From NCBI GenBank assembly GCA_964016885.1, contig OZ024757.1:3844001-3908000 (forward strand): DNA of 64,000 bases, given 5' to 3'. Of this stretch, positions 1 through 14,431 are shown piece by piece. The notes below the pieces were generated by a model. That model searched no databases and had not been told where the DNA came from. It saw nothing but the letters and a program-made list of their open reading frames with translations. This DNA comes from Eledone cirrhosa (lineage: Eukaryota). A program made the translations under genes and the position numbers. The first letter of the stretch is position 1, and every line of letters starts with the position of its first letter.

Positions 1-3000
1 CCCAGGGTCAGACCAGGGTGGGGTAGTGTCTGTAGTTATATAGACCCTACCTCACCCAGGGTGGGGTAGTGTCTGTAGTTATATAGACCCTACCTCACCC
101 AGGGTCAGACCAGGGTGGGGTTGTGCCTGTAGTTATATAGACGCTATCTCACCCAGGGTGGGGTAGTGTCTGTAGTTATATAGACCCTACCTCACTCAGG
201 GTGGGGTAGCGTCTGTAGTTATATAGACCCTACGTCACCCATGGTGGGGTAGTGTCTGTAGTTATATAGATCCTACCTCACCCAGAGTCAGAGCAGGGTG
301 GTGTAGTGTCTGTAGTTATATAGATTCTACCTCACCCAGGGTCAGTCCAGGGTGGGGTAGTGCCTGTAGTTATATAGACCCTACCTCACCCAGGGTGGGG
401 TAGTGTCTGTAGTTATATAGACCCTACCTCACCTAGGGTCAGACCAGGGTGGGGTAGTGTCTGTAGTCATATAGACCCTACCTCCCCCATGGTCAGACCA
501 GGGTGGGGTAGTGTCTGTAGTTATATAGATCCTACCTCACCCAGGGTCAGACCAGGGTGGGGTAGTGTCTGTAGTTATATAAACCTTACCTCACCCAGGG
601 TGGGGTAGTGTCTATAGTTATATAGACCCTACCTCACCCAGGGTCAGACCAGGGTGGGGTAGTGCCTGTAGTTATATAGACCCTTCCTCACCCAGGGTGG
701 GGTAGTGTCTGTAGTTATATAGACCCTACCTCACCCAGGGTGGGGTAGTGTCTGTAGTTATATAGATCCTACCTCACCCAGGGTCAGACCAGGGTGGGGT
801 AGTGTCTGTAGTTATATAGACCCTACCTCGCCCAGGGTGGGGTAGTGTCTGTAGTTATATAGACCCTACCTCACCCAGGGTCAGACCAGGGTGGGGTAGT
901 GCCTGCAGTTATATAGACCCTACCTCACCCAGGGTGGGGTAGTGTCTGTAGTTATATAGACCCTACCTTACCCAGGGTCAGACCAGGGTGGGGTAGTGTC
1001 TGTAGTTATATAGACCCTACCTCACCCAGGGTGGGGTAGTGTCTGTAGTTATATAGATCCTACCTCACCCAGGGTCAGACCAGTGTGGGGTAGTGTCTGT
1101 AGTTATATAGACCCTACCTCACCCACGGTGGGGTAGTGTCTGTAGTTATATAGACCGTACCTCACCCACGGTGGTGTAGTGTCTGTAGTTATATAGATCC
1201 TACCTCACCCACGGTGGGGTAGTGTCTGTAGTTATATAGACCCTACCTCACCCACGGTGGTGTAGTGTCTGTAGTTATATAGACCCTACCTCACCCAGGG
1301 TCAGACCAGGGTGGGGTAGTGTCTGTAGTTATATAGACCCTACCTCACCCAGGGAGGGGTAGTGTCTGTAGTTATATAGACACTACCACACTCAGGGTGG
1401 GGTAGTGTCTGTAGTTATATAGACCCTACCTCACCCAGGTTCAGACCAGGGTGGGGTAGGGTCTGTAGTTATATAGACCCTACCTCACCCAGGGTGGGGT
1501 AGTGTCTGTAGTTATATAGACCCTACCTCACCCAGGGTCAGACCAGGGTGGGGTAGTGTCTGTAGTTACATAGATCCTACCTCACCCAGGGTGGGGTAGT
1601 GTCTGTAGTTATATAGCCCCTACCTCACCCAGGGTCAGACCAGGGTGGGGTAGTGTCTGTAGTTATATAGACCCTAGCTCACCCAGGGTAGGGTAGTGTC
1701 TGTAGTTATATAGACCCTACCTCATCCAGGGTCAGACCAGGGTGGGGTAGTGTCTGTAGTTATATATACCCTACCTCACCCAGGGTCTGACCAGGGTGGG
1801 GTAGTGTCTGTAGTTATATAGACGCTACCTCACCCAGGGTCTGACCAGGGTGGGGTAGTGTCTGTAGTTATATAGACCCTACCTCACCTAGGGTCAGACC
1901 AGGGTGGGCTAGTGTCTGTAGTTATATAGAGCCTACCTCACCCAGGGTCAGACCAGGGTGGGGTAGTGTCTGTAGTTATATAGACCCTACCTCACCCAGG
2001 GTCTGACCAGGGTGGGGTAGTGTCTGTAGTTATATAGACCCTACCTCACCCAGGGTCAGACCAGGGTGGCATAGTGTCTGTAGTTATATAGACCCTACCT
2101 CACCCAGGGTCATCCCAGGGTGGGGTAGTGTCTGTAGTTATATAGACCCTACCTCACCCAGGTTCAGACCAGGGTGGGGTAGTGTCTGTAGTTATATAGA
2201 TCCTAGCTCACCCAGGGTCAGACCAGGGTGGGGTAGTGTCTGCAGTTATATAAACCCTACCTCACCCAGGGTGGGGTAGTGTCTATAGTTATATAGACCC
2301 TACCTCACCCAGGGTCAGACCAGGGTGGGGTAGTGCCTGTAGTTATATAGACCCTTCCTCACCCAGGGTGGGGTAGTGTCTGTAGTTATATAGACCCTAC
2401 CTCACCCAGGGTGGGGTAGTGTCTGTAGTTATATAGATCCTACCTCACCCAGGGTCAGACCAGGGTGGGGTATTGTCTGTAGTTATATAGACCCTACCTC
2501 GCCCAGGGTGGGGTAGTGTCTGTAGTTATATAGACCCTACCTCACCCAGGGTCAGACCAGGGTGGGGTAGTGCCTGCAGTTATATAGACCCTATCTCACC
2601 CAGGATGGGGTAGTGTCTGTAGTTATATAGACCCTACCTTACCCAGGGTCAGACCAGGGTAGGGTAGTGTCTGTTGTTATATAGACCCTACCTCACCCAG
2701 GGTGGGGTAGTGTCTGTAGTTATATAGATCCTACCTCACCCAGGGTCAGACCAGTGTGGGGGTAGTGTCTGTAGTTATATAGACCCTACCTCACCCAGGG
2801 TGGGGTAGTGTCTGTAGTTATTTAGATCCTACCTCACCCACGGTGGGGTAGTGTCTGTAGTTATATAGACCCTACCTCACCCACGGTGGTGTAGTGTCTG
2901 TAGTTATATAGACCCTACCTCAACCAGGGTCAGACCAGGGTGGGGTAGTGTCTGTAGTTATATAGACCCTACCTCACCCAGGGTGGGGTAGTGTCTGTAG

Positions 3001-6000
3001 TTATATAGACACTACCTCACTCAGGGTGGGGTAGTGTCTGTAGTTATATAGACCCTACCTCACCCAGGTTCAGACCAGGGTCGGGTAGGGTCTGTAGGTA
3101 TATAGACCCTACCTCACCCAGGGTGGGGTAGTGTCTGTAGTTATATAGACCCTACCTCACCCAGGGTCAGACCAGGGTGGGGTAGTGTCTGTAGTTACAT
3201 AGTTCCTACCTCACCCAGGGTGGGGTAGTGTCTGTAGTTATATAGACCCTACCTCACTCAGGGTGGGGTAGTGCCTGTAGTTATATAGCCCCTACCTCAC
3301 CCAGGGTCAGACCAGGGTGGGGTAGTGTCTGTAGTTATATAGACCCTACCTCACCCAGGGTCAGACCAGGGTGGGGTAGTGTCTGTAGTTATATAGACCC
3401 TACCTCACCCAGGGTCTAACCAGGGTGGGGTAGTGTCTGTAGTTATATAGACGCTACCTCACCCAGGGTCTGACCAGGGTGGGGTAGTGTCTGTAGTTAT
3501 ATCGACCCTACCTCACCTAGGGTCAGACCAGGGTGGGCTAGTGTCTGTAGTTATATAGAGCCTACCTCACCCAGGGTCAGACCAGGGTGGGGTAGTGTCT
3601 GTAGTTATATAGACCCTACCTCACCCAGGGTCAGACCAGGGTGGCGTAGTGTCTGTAGTTATATAGACCCTACCTCACCCAGGGTCATCCCAGGGTGGGG
3701 TAGTGTCTGTAGTTATATAGACCCTACCTCACCCAGGTTCAGACCAGGGTGGGATAGTGTCTGTAGTTATATAGATCCTACCTCACACAGGGTCAGACCA
3801 GGGTGGGGTAGTGTCTGTAGTTATATAGATCCTAGCTCACCCAGGGTGGGGTAGTGTCTGTAGTTATATAGACCCTACCTCACTCAGGGTTGGGTAGTGC
3901 CTGTAGTTATATAGCCCCTACCTCACCCAGGGTCAGACCAGGGTGGGGTAGTGTCTGTAGTTATATAGACCCTACCTCACCCAGGGTGGGGTAGTGTCTG
4001 TAGTTATATAGACCCTACCTCATCCAGGGTCAGACCAGGGTGGGGTAGTGTCTGTAGTTATATATACCCTACCTCACCCTGGGTCTGACCAGGGTGGGGT
4101 AGTGTCTGTAGTTATATAGACGCTACCTCACCCAGGGTCTGACCAGGGTGGGGTAGTGTCTGTAGTTATATAGACCCTACCTCACCTAGGTTCAGACCCG
4201 GGTGGGCTAGTGTCTGTAGTTATATATAGCCTACCTCACCCAGGGTCAGACCAGGGTGGGGTAGTGTCTGTAGTTATATAGACCCTACCTCACCCAGGTT
4301 CTGACCAGGGTGGGGTAGTGTCTGTAGTTATATAGACCCTACCTCACCCAGGGTCAGACCAGGGTGGCGTAGTGTCTGTAGTTATATAGACCCTACCTCA
4401 CCCAGGGTCATCCCAGGGTGGGGTAGTGTCTGTAGTTATATAGACCCTACCTCACCCAGGTTCAGACCAGGGTGGGGTAGTGTCTGTAGTTATATAGATC
4501 CTACCTCACACAGCGTCAGACCAGGGTGGGGTAGTGTCTGTAGTTATATAGATCCTAGCTCACCCAGGGTCAGACCAGGGTGGGGTAGTGTCTGTAGTTA
4601 TATAAACCCTACCTCACCCAGGGTGGGGTAGTGTCTATAGTTATATAGACCCTACCTCACCCAGGGTCAGACCAGGGTGGGGTAGTGCCTGTAGTTATAT
4701 AGACCCTTCCTCACCCAGGGTGGGGTAGTGTCTGTAGTTATATAGACCCTACCTCACCCAGGGTGGGGTAGTGTCTGTAGTTATATAGATCCTACCTCGC
4801 CCAGGGTGGGGTAGTGTCTGTAGTTATATAGACCCTACCTCACCCAGGGTCAGACCAGGGTGGGGTAGTGCCTGCAGTTATATAGACCCTATCTCACCCA
4901 GGGTGGGGTAGTGTCTGTAGTTATATAGACCCTACCTTACCCAGAGTCAGACCAGGGTAGGGTAGTGTCTGTAGTTATATAGACCCTACCTCACCCAGGG
5001 TGGGGTAGTGTCTGTAGTTATATAGATCCTACCTCACCCAGGGTCAGACCAGTGTGGGGTAGTGTCTGTAGTTATATAGACCCTACCTCACCCAGGGTGG
5101 GGTAGTGTCTGTAGTTATATAGATCCTACCTCACCCACGGTGGGGTAGTGTCTGTAGTTATATAGACCCTACCTCACCCACGGTGGTGTAGTGTCTGTAG
5201 TTATATAGACCCTACCTCAACCAGGGTCAGACCAGGGTGGGGTAGTGTCTGTAGTTATATAGACCCTACCTCACCCAGGGTGGGGTAGTGTCTGTAGTTA
5301 TATAGACACTACCTCACTCAGGGTGGGGTAGTGTCTGTAGTTATATAGACCCTACCTCACCCAGGTTCAGACCAGGGTGGGGTAGGGTCTGTAGTTATAT
5401 AGACCCTACCTCACCCAGGGTGGGGTAGTGTCTGTAGTTATATAGACCCTACCTAACCCAGGGTCAGACCAAGGTGGGGTAGTGTCTGTAGTTACATAGA
5501 TCCTACCTCACCCAGGGTGGGGTAGTGTCTGTAGTTATATAGACCCTACCTCACTCAGGGTGGGGTAGTGCCTGTAGTTATATAGCCCCTACCTCACCCA
5601 GGGTCAGACCAGGGTGGGGTAGTGTCTGTAGTTATATAGACCCTACCTCACCCAGGGTCAGACCAGGGTGGGGTAGTGTCTGTAGTTATATAGACCCTAC
5701 CTCACCCAGGGTCTGACCAGGGTGGGGTAGTGTCTGTAGTTATATAGACGCTACCTCGCCCAGGGTCTGACCAGGGTGTGGTAGTGTCTGTAGTTATATC
5801 GACCCTACATCACCTAGGGTCAGACCAGGGTGGGCTAGTGTCTGTAGTTATATAGAGCCTACCTCACCCAGGGTCAGACCAGGGTGGGGTAGTGTCTGTA
5901 GTTATATAGACCCTACCTCACCCAGGGTCTGACCAGGGTGGGGTAGTGTCTGTAGTTATATAGACCCTACCTCACCCAGGGTCAGACCAGGGTGGCGTAG

Positions 6001-9000
6001 TGTCTGTAGTTATATAGACCCTACCTCACCCAGGGTCATCCCAGGGTGGGGTAGTGTCTGTAGTTATATAGACCCTACCTCACCCAGGTTCAGACCAGGG
6101 TGGGATAGTGTCTGTAGTTATATAGATCCTACCTCACACAGGGTCAGACCAGGGTGGGGTAGTGTCTGTAGTTATATAGATCCTAGCTCACCCAGGGTCA
6201 GACCAGGGTGGGGTAGTGTCTGTAGTTATATAAACCCTACCTCACCCAGGGTGGGGTAGTGTCTATAGTTATATAGACCCTACCTCACCCAGGGTCAGAC
6301 CAAGGTGGGGTAGTGCCTGTAGTTATATAGACCCTTCCTCACCCAGGGTGGGGTAGTGTCTGTAGTTATATAGACCCTACCTCACCCAGGGTGGGGTAGT
6401 GTCTGTAGTTATATAGATCCTACCTCACCCAGGGTCAGACCAGGGTGGGGTAGTGTCTGTAGTTATATAGACCCTACCTCGCCCAGGGTGGGGTAGTGTC
6501 TGTAGTTATATAGACCCTACCTCACCCAGGGTCAGACCAGGGTGGGGTAGTGCCTGCAGTTATATAGACCCTACCTCACCCAGGGTGGGGTAGTGTCTGT
6601 AGTTATATAGACCCTACCTTACCCAGGGTCAGACCAGGGTGGGTGTAGTGTCTGTAGTTATATAGACCCTACCTCACCCAGGGTGGGGTAGTGTCTGTAG
6701 TTATATAGATCCTACCTCACCCAGGGTCAGACCAGTGTGGGGTAGTGTCTGTAGTTATATAGACCCTACCTCACCCAGGGTGGGGTAGTGTCTGTAGTTA
6801 TATAGATCCTACCTCACCCAAAGTGGGGTAGTGTCTGTAGTTATATAGACCCTACCTCACCCACGGTGGTGTAGTGTCTGTAGTTATATAGACCCTACCT
6901 CACCCAGGGTCAGACCAGGGTGGGGTAGTGTCTGTAGTTATATAGACCCTACCTCACCCAGGGTGGGGTAGTCTCTGTAGTTATATAGACACTACCTCAC
7001 TCAGGGTGGGGTAGTGTCTGTAGTTATATAGACCCTACCTCACCCAGGTTCAGACCAGGGTGGGGTAGGGTCTGTAGTTATATAGACCCTACCTCACCCA
7101 GGGTGGGGTAGTGTCTGTAGTTATATAGACCCTACCTCACCCAGGGTCAGACCAGGGTGGGGTAGTGTCTGTAGTTACATAGATCCTACCTCACCCATGG
7201 TGGGGTAGTATCTGTAGTTATATAGACCCTACCTCACTCAGGGTGGGGTAGTGCCTGTAGTTATATAGCCCCTACCTCACCCAGGGTCAGACCAGGGTGG
7301 GGTAGTGTCTGTAGTTATATAGACCCTACCTCACCCAGGGTGGGGTAGTGTCTGTAGTTATATAGACCCTACCTCACCCAGGATCAGACCAGGGTGGGGT
7401 AGTGTCTGTAGTTATATAGACCCTACCTCACCCAGTGTCTGACCTGGGTGGGGTAGTGTCTGTAGTTATATAGACGCTACCTCACCCAGGGTCTGACCAG
7501 GGTGGGGTAGTGTCTGTAGTTATATAGACCCTACCTCACCTAGGGTCAGACCAGGGTGGGCTAGTGTCTGTAGTTATATAGACCCTACCTCACCCAGGGT
7601 CATCCCAGGGTGGGGTAGTGTCTGTAGTTATATAGACCCTACCTCACCCAGGTTCAGACCAGGGTGGGGTAGTGTCTGTAGTTATATAGACCCTACCTCA
7701 CCCAGGGTCTAACCAGGGTGGGGTAGTGTCTGTAGTTATATAGACGCTACCTCACCCAGGGTCTGACCAGGGTGGGGTAGTGTCTGTAGTTATATCGACC
7801 CTACCTCACCTAGGGTCAGACCAGGGTGGGCTAGTGTCTGTAGTTATATAGAGCCTACCTCACCCAGGGTCAGACCAGGGTGGGGTAGTGTCTGTAGTTA
7901 TATAGACCCTACCTCACCCAGGGTCAGACCAGGGTGGCGTAGTGTCTGTAGTTATATAGACCCTACCTCACCCAGGGTCATCCCAGGGTGGGGTAGTGTC
8001 TGTAGTTATATAGACCCTACCTCACCCAGGTTCAGACCAGGGTGGGATAGTGTCTGTAGTTATATAGATCCTACCTCACACAGGGTCAGACCAGGGTGGG
8101 GTAGTGTCTGTAGTTATATAGATCCTAGCTCACCCAGGGTGGGGTAGTGTCTGTAGTTATATAGACCCTACCTCACTCAGGGTTGGGTAGTGCCTGTAGT
8201 TATATAGCCCCTACCTCACCCAGGGTCAGACCAGGGTGGGGTAGTGTCTGTAGTTATATAGACCCTACCTCACCCAGGGTGGGGTAGTGTCTGTAGTTAT
8301 ATAGACCCTACCTCATCCAGGGTCAGACCAGGGTGGGGTAGTGTCTGTAGTTATATATACCCTACCTCACCCTGGGTCTGACCAGGGTGGGGTAGTGTCT
8401 GTAGTTATATAGACGCTACCTCACCCAGGGTCTGACCAGGGTGGGGTAGTGTCTGTAGTTATATAGACCCTACCTCACCTAGGTTCAGACCCGGGTGGGC
8501 TAGTGTCTGTAGTTATATATAGCCTACCTCACCCAGGGTCAGACCAGGGTGGGGTAGTGTCTGTAGTTATATAGACCCTACCTCACCCAGGTTCTGACCA
8601 GGGTGGGGTAGTGTCTGTAGTTATATAGACCCTACCTCACCCAGGGTCAGACCAGGGTGGCGTAGTGTCTGTAGTTATATAGACCCTACCTCACCCAGGG
8701 TCATCCCAGGGTGGGGTAGTGTCTGTAGTTATATAGACCCTACCTCACCCAGGTTCAGACCAGGGTGGGGTAGTGTCTGTAGTTATATAGATCCTACCTC
8801 ACACAGGGTCAGACCAGGGTGGGGTAGTGTCTGTAGTTATATAGATCCTAGCTCACCCAGGGTCAGACCAGGGTGGGGTAGTGTCTGTAGTTATATAAAC
8901 CCTACCTCACCCAGGGTGGGGTAGTGTCTATAGTTATATAGACCCTACCTCACCCAGGGTCAGACCAGGGTGGGGTAGTGCCTGTAGTTATATAGACCCT

Positions 9001-12000
9001 TCCTCACCCAGGGTGGGGTAGTGTCTGTAGTTATATAGACCCTACCTCACCCAGGGTGGGGTAGTGTCTGTAGTTATATAGATCCTACCTCGCCCAGGGT
9101 GGGGTAGTGTCTGTAGTTATATAGACCCTACCTCACCCAGGGTCAGACCAGGGTGGGGTAGTGCCTGCAGTTATATAGACCCTATCTCACCCAGGGTGGG
9201 GTAGTGTCTGTAGTTATATAGACCCTACCTTACCCAGAGTCAGACCAGGGTAGGGTAGTGTCTGTAGTTATATAGACCCTACCTCACCCAGGGTGGGGTA
9301 GTGTCTGTAGTTATATAGATCCTACCTCACCCAGGGTCAGACCAGTGTGGGGTAGTGTCTGTAGTTATATAGACCCTACCTCACCCAGGGTGGGGTAGTG
9401 TCTGTAGTTATATAGATCCTACCTCACCCACGGTGGGGTAGTGTCTGTAGTTATATAGACCCTACCTCACCCACGGTGGTGTAGTGTCTGTAGTTATATA
9501 GACCCTACCTCAACCAGGGTCAGACCAGGGTGGGGTAGTGTCTGTAGTTATATAGACCCTACCTCACCCAGGGTGGGGTAGTGTCTGTAGTTATATAGAC
9601 ACTACCTCACTCAGGGTGGGGTAGTGTCTGTAGTTATATAGACCCTACCTCACCCAGGTTCAGACCAGGGTGGGGTAGGGTCTGTAGTTATATAGACCCT
9701 ACCTCACCCAGGGTGGGGTAGTGTCTGTAGTTATATAGACCCTACCTAACCCAGGGTCAGACCAAGGTGGGGTAGTGTCTGTAGTTACATAGATCCTACC
9801 TCACCCAGGGTGGGGTAGTGTCTGTAGTTATATAGACCCTACCTCACTCAGGGTGGGGTAGTGCCTGTAGTTATATAGCCCCTACCTCACCCAGGGTCAG
9901 ACCAGGGTGGGGTAGTGTCTGTAGTTATATAGACCCTACCTCACCCAGGGTCAGACCAGGGTGGGGTAGTGTCTGTAGTTATATAGACCCTACCTCACCC
10001 AGGGTCTGACCAGGGTGGGGTAGTGTCTGTAGTTATATAGACGCTACCTCGCCCAGGGTCTGACCAGGGTGTGGTAGTGTCTGTAGTTATATCGACCCTA
10101 CATCACCTAGGGTCAGACCAGGGTGGGCTAGTGTCTGTAGTTATATAGAGCCTACCTCACCCAGGGTCAGACCAGGGTGGGGTAGTGTCTGTAGTTATAT
10201 AGACCCTACCTCACCCAGGGTCTGACCAGGGTGGGGTAGTGTCTGTAGTTATATAGACCCTACCTCACCCAGGGTCAGACCAGGGTGGCGTAGTGTCTGT
10301 AGTTATATAGACCCTACCTCACCCAGGGTCATCCCAGGGTGGGGTAGTGTCTGTAGTTATATAGACCCTACCTCACCCAGGTTCAGACCAGGGTGGGATA
10401 GTGTCTGTAGTTATATAGATCCTACCTCACACAGGGTCAGACCAGGGTGGGGTAGTGTCTGTAGTTATATAGATCCTAGCTCACCCAGGGTCAGACCAGG
10501 GTGGGGTAGTGTCTGTAGTTATATAAACCCTACCTCACCCAGGGTGGGGTAGTGTCTATAGTTATATAGACCCTACCTCACCCAGGGTCAGACCAAGGTG
10601 GGGTAGTGCCTGTAGTTATATAGACCCTTCCTCACCCAGGGTGGGGTAGTGTCTGTAGTTATATAGACCCTACCTCACCCAGGGTGGGGTAGTGTCTGTA
10701 GTTATATAGATCCTACCTCACCCAGGGTCAGACCAGGGTGGGGTAGTGTCTGTAGTTATATAGACCCTACCTCGCCCAGGGTGGGGTAGTGTCTGTAGTT
10801 ATATAGACCCTACCTCACCCAGGGTCAGACCAGGGTGGGGTAGTGCCTGCAGTTATATAGACCCTACCTCACCCAGGGTGGGGTAGTGTCTGTAGTTATA
10901 TAGACCCTACCTTACCCAGGGTCAGACCAGGGTGGGTGTAGTGTCTGTAGTTATATAGACCCTACCTCACCCAGGGTGGGGTAGTGTCTGTAGTTATATA
11001 GATCCTACCTCACCCAGGGTCAGACCAGTGTGGGGTAGTGTCTGTAGTTATATAGACCCTACCTCACCCAGGGTGGGGTAGTGTCTGTAGTTATATAGAT
11101 CCTACCTCACCCAAAGTGGGGTAGTGTCTGTAGTTATATAGACCCTACCTCACCCACGGTGGTGTAGTGTCTGTAGTTATATAGACCCTACCTCACCCAG
11201 GGTCAGACCAGGGTGGGGTAGTGTCTGTAGTTATATAGACCCTACCTCACCCAGGGTGGGGTAGTCTCTGTAGTTATATAGACACTACCTCACTCAGGGT
11301 GGGGTAGTGTCTGTAGTTATATAGACCCTACCTCACCCAGGTTCAGACCAGGGTGGGGTAGGGTCTGTAGTTATATAGACCCTACCTCACCCAGGGTGGG
11401 GTAGTGTCTGTAGTTATATAGACCCTACCTCACCCAGGGTCAGACCAGGGTGGGGTAGTGTCTGTAGTTACATAGATCCTACCTCACCCATGGTGGGGTA
11501 GTATCTGTAGTTATATAGACCCTACCTCACTCAGGGTGGGGTAGTGCCTGTAGTTATATAGCCCCTACCTCACCCAGGGTCAGACCAGGGTGGGGTAGTG
11601 TCTGTAGTTATATAGACCCTACCTCACCCAGGGTGGGGTAGTGTCTGTAGTTATATAGACCCTACCTCACCCAGGATCAGACCAGGGTGGGGTAGTGTCT
11701 GTAGTTATATAGACCCTACCTCACCCAGTGTCTGACCTGGGTGGGGTAGTGTCTGTAGTTATATAGACGCTACCTCACCCAGGGTCTGACCAGGGTGGGG
11801 TAGTGTCTGTAGTTATATAGACCCTACCTCACCTAGGGTCAGACCAGGGTGGGCTAGTGTCTGTAGTTATATAGACCCTACCTCACCCAGGGTCATCCCA
11901 GGGTGGGGTAGTGTCTGTAGTTATATAGACCCTACCTCACCCAGGTTCAGACCAGGGTGGGGTAGTGTCTGTAGTTATATAGATCCTACCTCACACAGGG

Positions 12001-13601
12001 TCAGATCAGGGTGCGGTAGTGTCTGTAGTTATATAGACCCTACCTCACCCAGGTTCAGACCAGGGTGGGTTAGTGCCTGTAGTTATATAGACCCTACCTC
12101 ACCCAGGGTCAGACCAGTGTGGGGTAGTGTCTGTAGTTATATAGACCCTACCTCACCCAGGTTCAGACCAGTGTGGGGTAGTGTCTGTAGTTATATAGAC
12201 CCTACCTCACCCAGGTTCATCCCAGGGTGGGGTAGTGTCTGTCGTTATATAGACCCTACCTCACTCAGGGTCAGACCAGGGTGGGGTAGTGTCTGTAGTT
12301 ATATAGATCCTACCTCACCTAGGGTCAGACCAGGGTGGGGTAGTGTCTGTAGTTATATAGACCCTACCTCACCCAGGGTCAGACCAGGGTGGGGTAGTGT
12401 CTGTAGTTATATAGACCCTACCTCACTCAGGGTCTGACCAGGATGGGGTAGTGCCTGTAGTTATATAGACCCTACCTCACCCAGGGTCAGACCAGGGTGG
12501 AGTAGTGTCTGTAGTTATATAGACCCTACCTCACCCAGGGTCTGACCAGAGTGGGGTAGTGCCTGTAGTTATATAGACCCTACCTCACCCAGTGTCATCC
12601 CAGGGTGGGGTAGTGTCTGTAGTTATATAGACCCTACCTCACCTAGGGTCAGACCAGGGTGGGGTAGTGTCTGTTGTTATATAGACCCTACCTCACCCTA
12701 GGTCAGACCAGGGTGGTGTAGTGTCTGTAGTTATATAGATCCTACCTCACCTAGGGTCAGACCAGGGTGGGGTAGTGTCTGTAGTTATATAGATCCTACC
12801 TCACCTAGGGTCAGGCCAGGGTGGGGTAGTGTCTGTTGTTATATAGACCCTACCTCACCCTGGTTCAGACCAGGGTGGGGTAGTGTCTGTAGTTATATAG
12901 ATCCTACCTCACCTAGGGTCAGACCAGGGTGGGGTAGTGTCTGTTGTTATATAGACCCTACCTCACCCTAGTTCAGACCAGGGTGGTGTAGTGTCTGTAG
13001 TTATATAGACCCTACCTGACCCTGGGTCAGACCAGGGTGGGGTAGTGTCTGTAGTTATATAGACCCTACCCCACCGTGGGTCAGACCAGGGTGGGGTAGT
13101 GTCTGTAGTTATATAGACCCTACCTCACCCAGGGTCAGACCAGGGTGGGGTAGTGTCTGTAGTTATATAGACCCTACCTCACCCTGGGTCAGACCAGGGT
13201 GGGGTAGTGTCTGTAGTTATATAGACCCTACCTCACCCTGGGTCAGACCAGGGTGGGGTAGTGTCTGTAGTTATATAGATCCTACCTCACCTGGGTCAGA
13301 CCAGGGTGGGGTAGTGTCTGTAGTTATATAGACCCTACCCCACCCTGGGTCAGACCAGGGTGGGGTAGTGTCTGTAGTTATATAGACCCTACCTCACCCA
13401 GGGTCAGACCAGGGTGGGGTAGTGTCTGTAGTTATATAGACCCTACCTCACCCTGGGTCAGACCAGGGTGGGGTAGTGTCTGTAGTTATATAGATCCTAC
13501 CTCACCTAGGGTCAGACCAGGGTGGGGTAGTGTCTGTAGTTATATAGACCCTACCCCACCCTGGGTCAGACCAGGGTGGGGTAGTGTCTGTAGTTATATC
13601 G
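1..13601. repeat. Satellite array, interspersed 43-bp and 54-bp monomers (CCAGGGTGGGGTAGTGTCTGTAGTTATATAGACCCTACCTCAC +/- CCAGGGTCAGA), runs off window start
   Basis: Directly visible tandem repetition. The ORF at 12117 shows an 18-aa (54-bp) period. Confidence 0.98.
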
Positions 13602-13709
13602 ATCCCGGACCACACAAGTATGAAACGATCGGAACTGTAGAATCAATAAAGACCATAATGCGAAACCCTCGTTTTCTTTTTAATATATATATATATTGTG
13701 TGTGTGTAT

Positions 13710-14069
13710 GCGCCACCTTCAGCCCTCCCCGCTCGGACACCCCGTCTGCGTCTCCCCACTCCACCCGCCACCACCCCTACACGCCCCACACCCTTCCACC
13801 ACCTGTTTCACCCCCATGTGTATTTTTAATTTTATTTTGATCAAGACTTTATTTTTAATTTCATTTACACCGTTTCCTCTCACCCCCTTTTTTCCATATG
13901 TCTCTCCACCACTCCCCTACACGCCCTTGGACTCTCTTCCCACACACTTTTCACCTGAAGAAGGGCTTATGCCCGAAACGTCGTTCCCCACCACCACCCC
14001 ACTCTCAAGGGCGTGAAACTAATAAACCTTTGTTCGTACTGCCTCTCTGTTTTGTTCCCGTTCAATTTG

Positions 14070-14072
<3 letters not shown>
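13710..14072 (+). mobile_element. Solo 3' end / pseudo-LTR of a Penelope-like element
   Basis: Homologous to the 3' end of the minus-strand PLE at 15979-16300 (shared CCTGAAGAAGGGCTTATG ... CTGCCTCTCTGTTT.GTTCCCGT). Contains a hammerhead core and AATAAA, and ends in (TA)n. Confidence 0.8.
13951..13986 (+). ncRNA. Minimal type-I hammerhead ribozyme motif (PLE type)
   Basis: CTGAAGA-A-GGGC-ttat-GCCC-GAAA-CG-TC. Stem I is weak. Confidence 0.65.
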
Positions 14073-14158
<86 letters not shown>

Positions 14159-14194
14159 ATATATATATATATATATATACATATGTATATATAT

Positions 14195-14257
<63 letters not shown>

Positions 14258-14263
14258 TATATA

Positions 14264-14295
<32 letters not shown>

Positions 14296-14431
14296 GTATA
14301 TATATTGTGTGTGTGTGTATAGATATATAGATATATTGGTTAGGAATACATACAAATAAACCAGAATAAAATCTCTAGCATCGAAATAATATTCATCATC
14401 ATCATCATCATCAATAACATTTAGACGCCGT

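Noticed and set aside
1-13601. CRISPR-like array (palindromic repeats of similar size)
   Set aside because: No unique spacers, no cas genes, eukaryotic repeat context.
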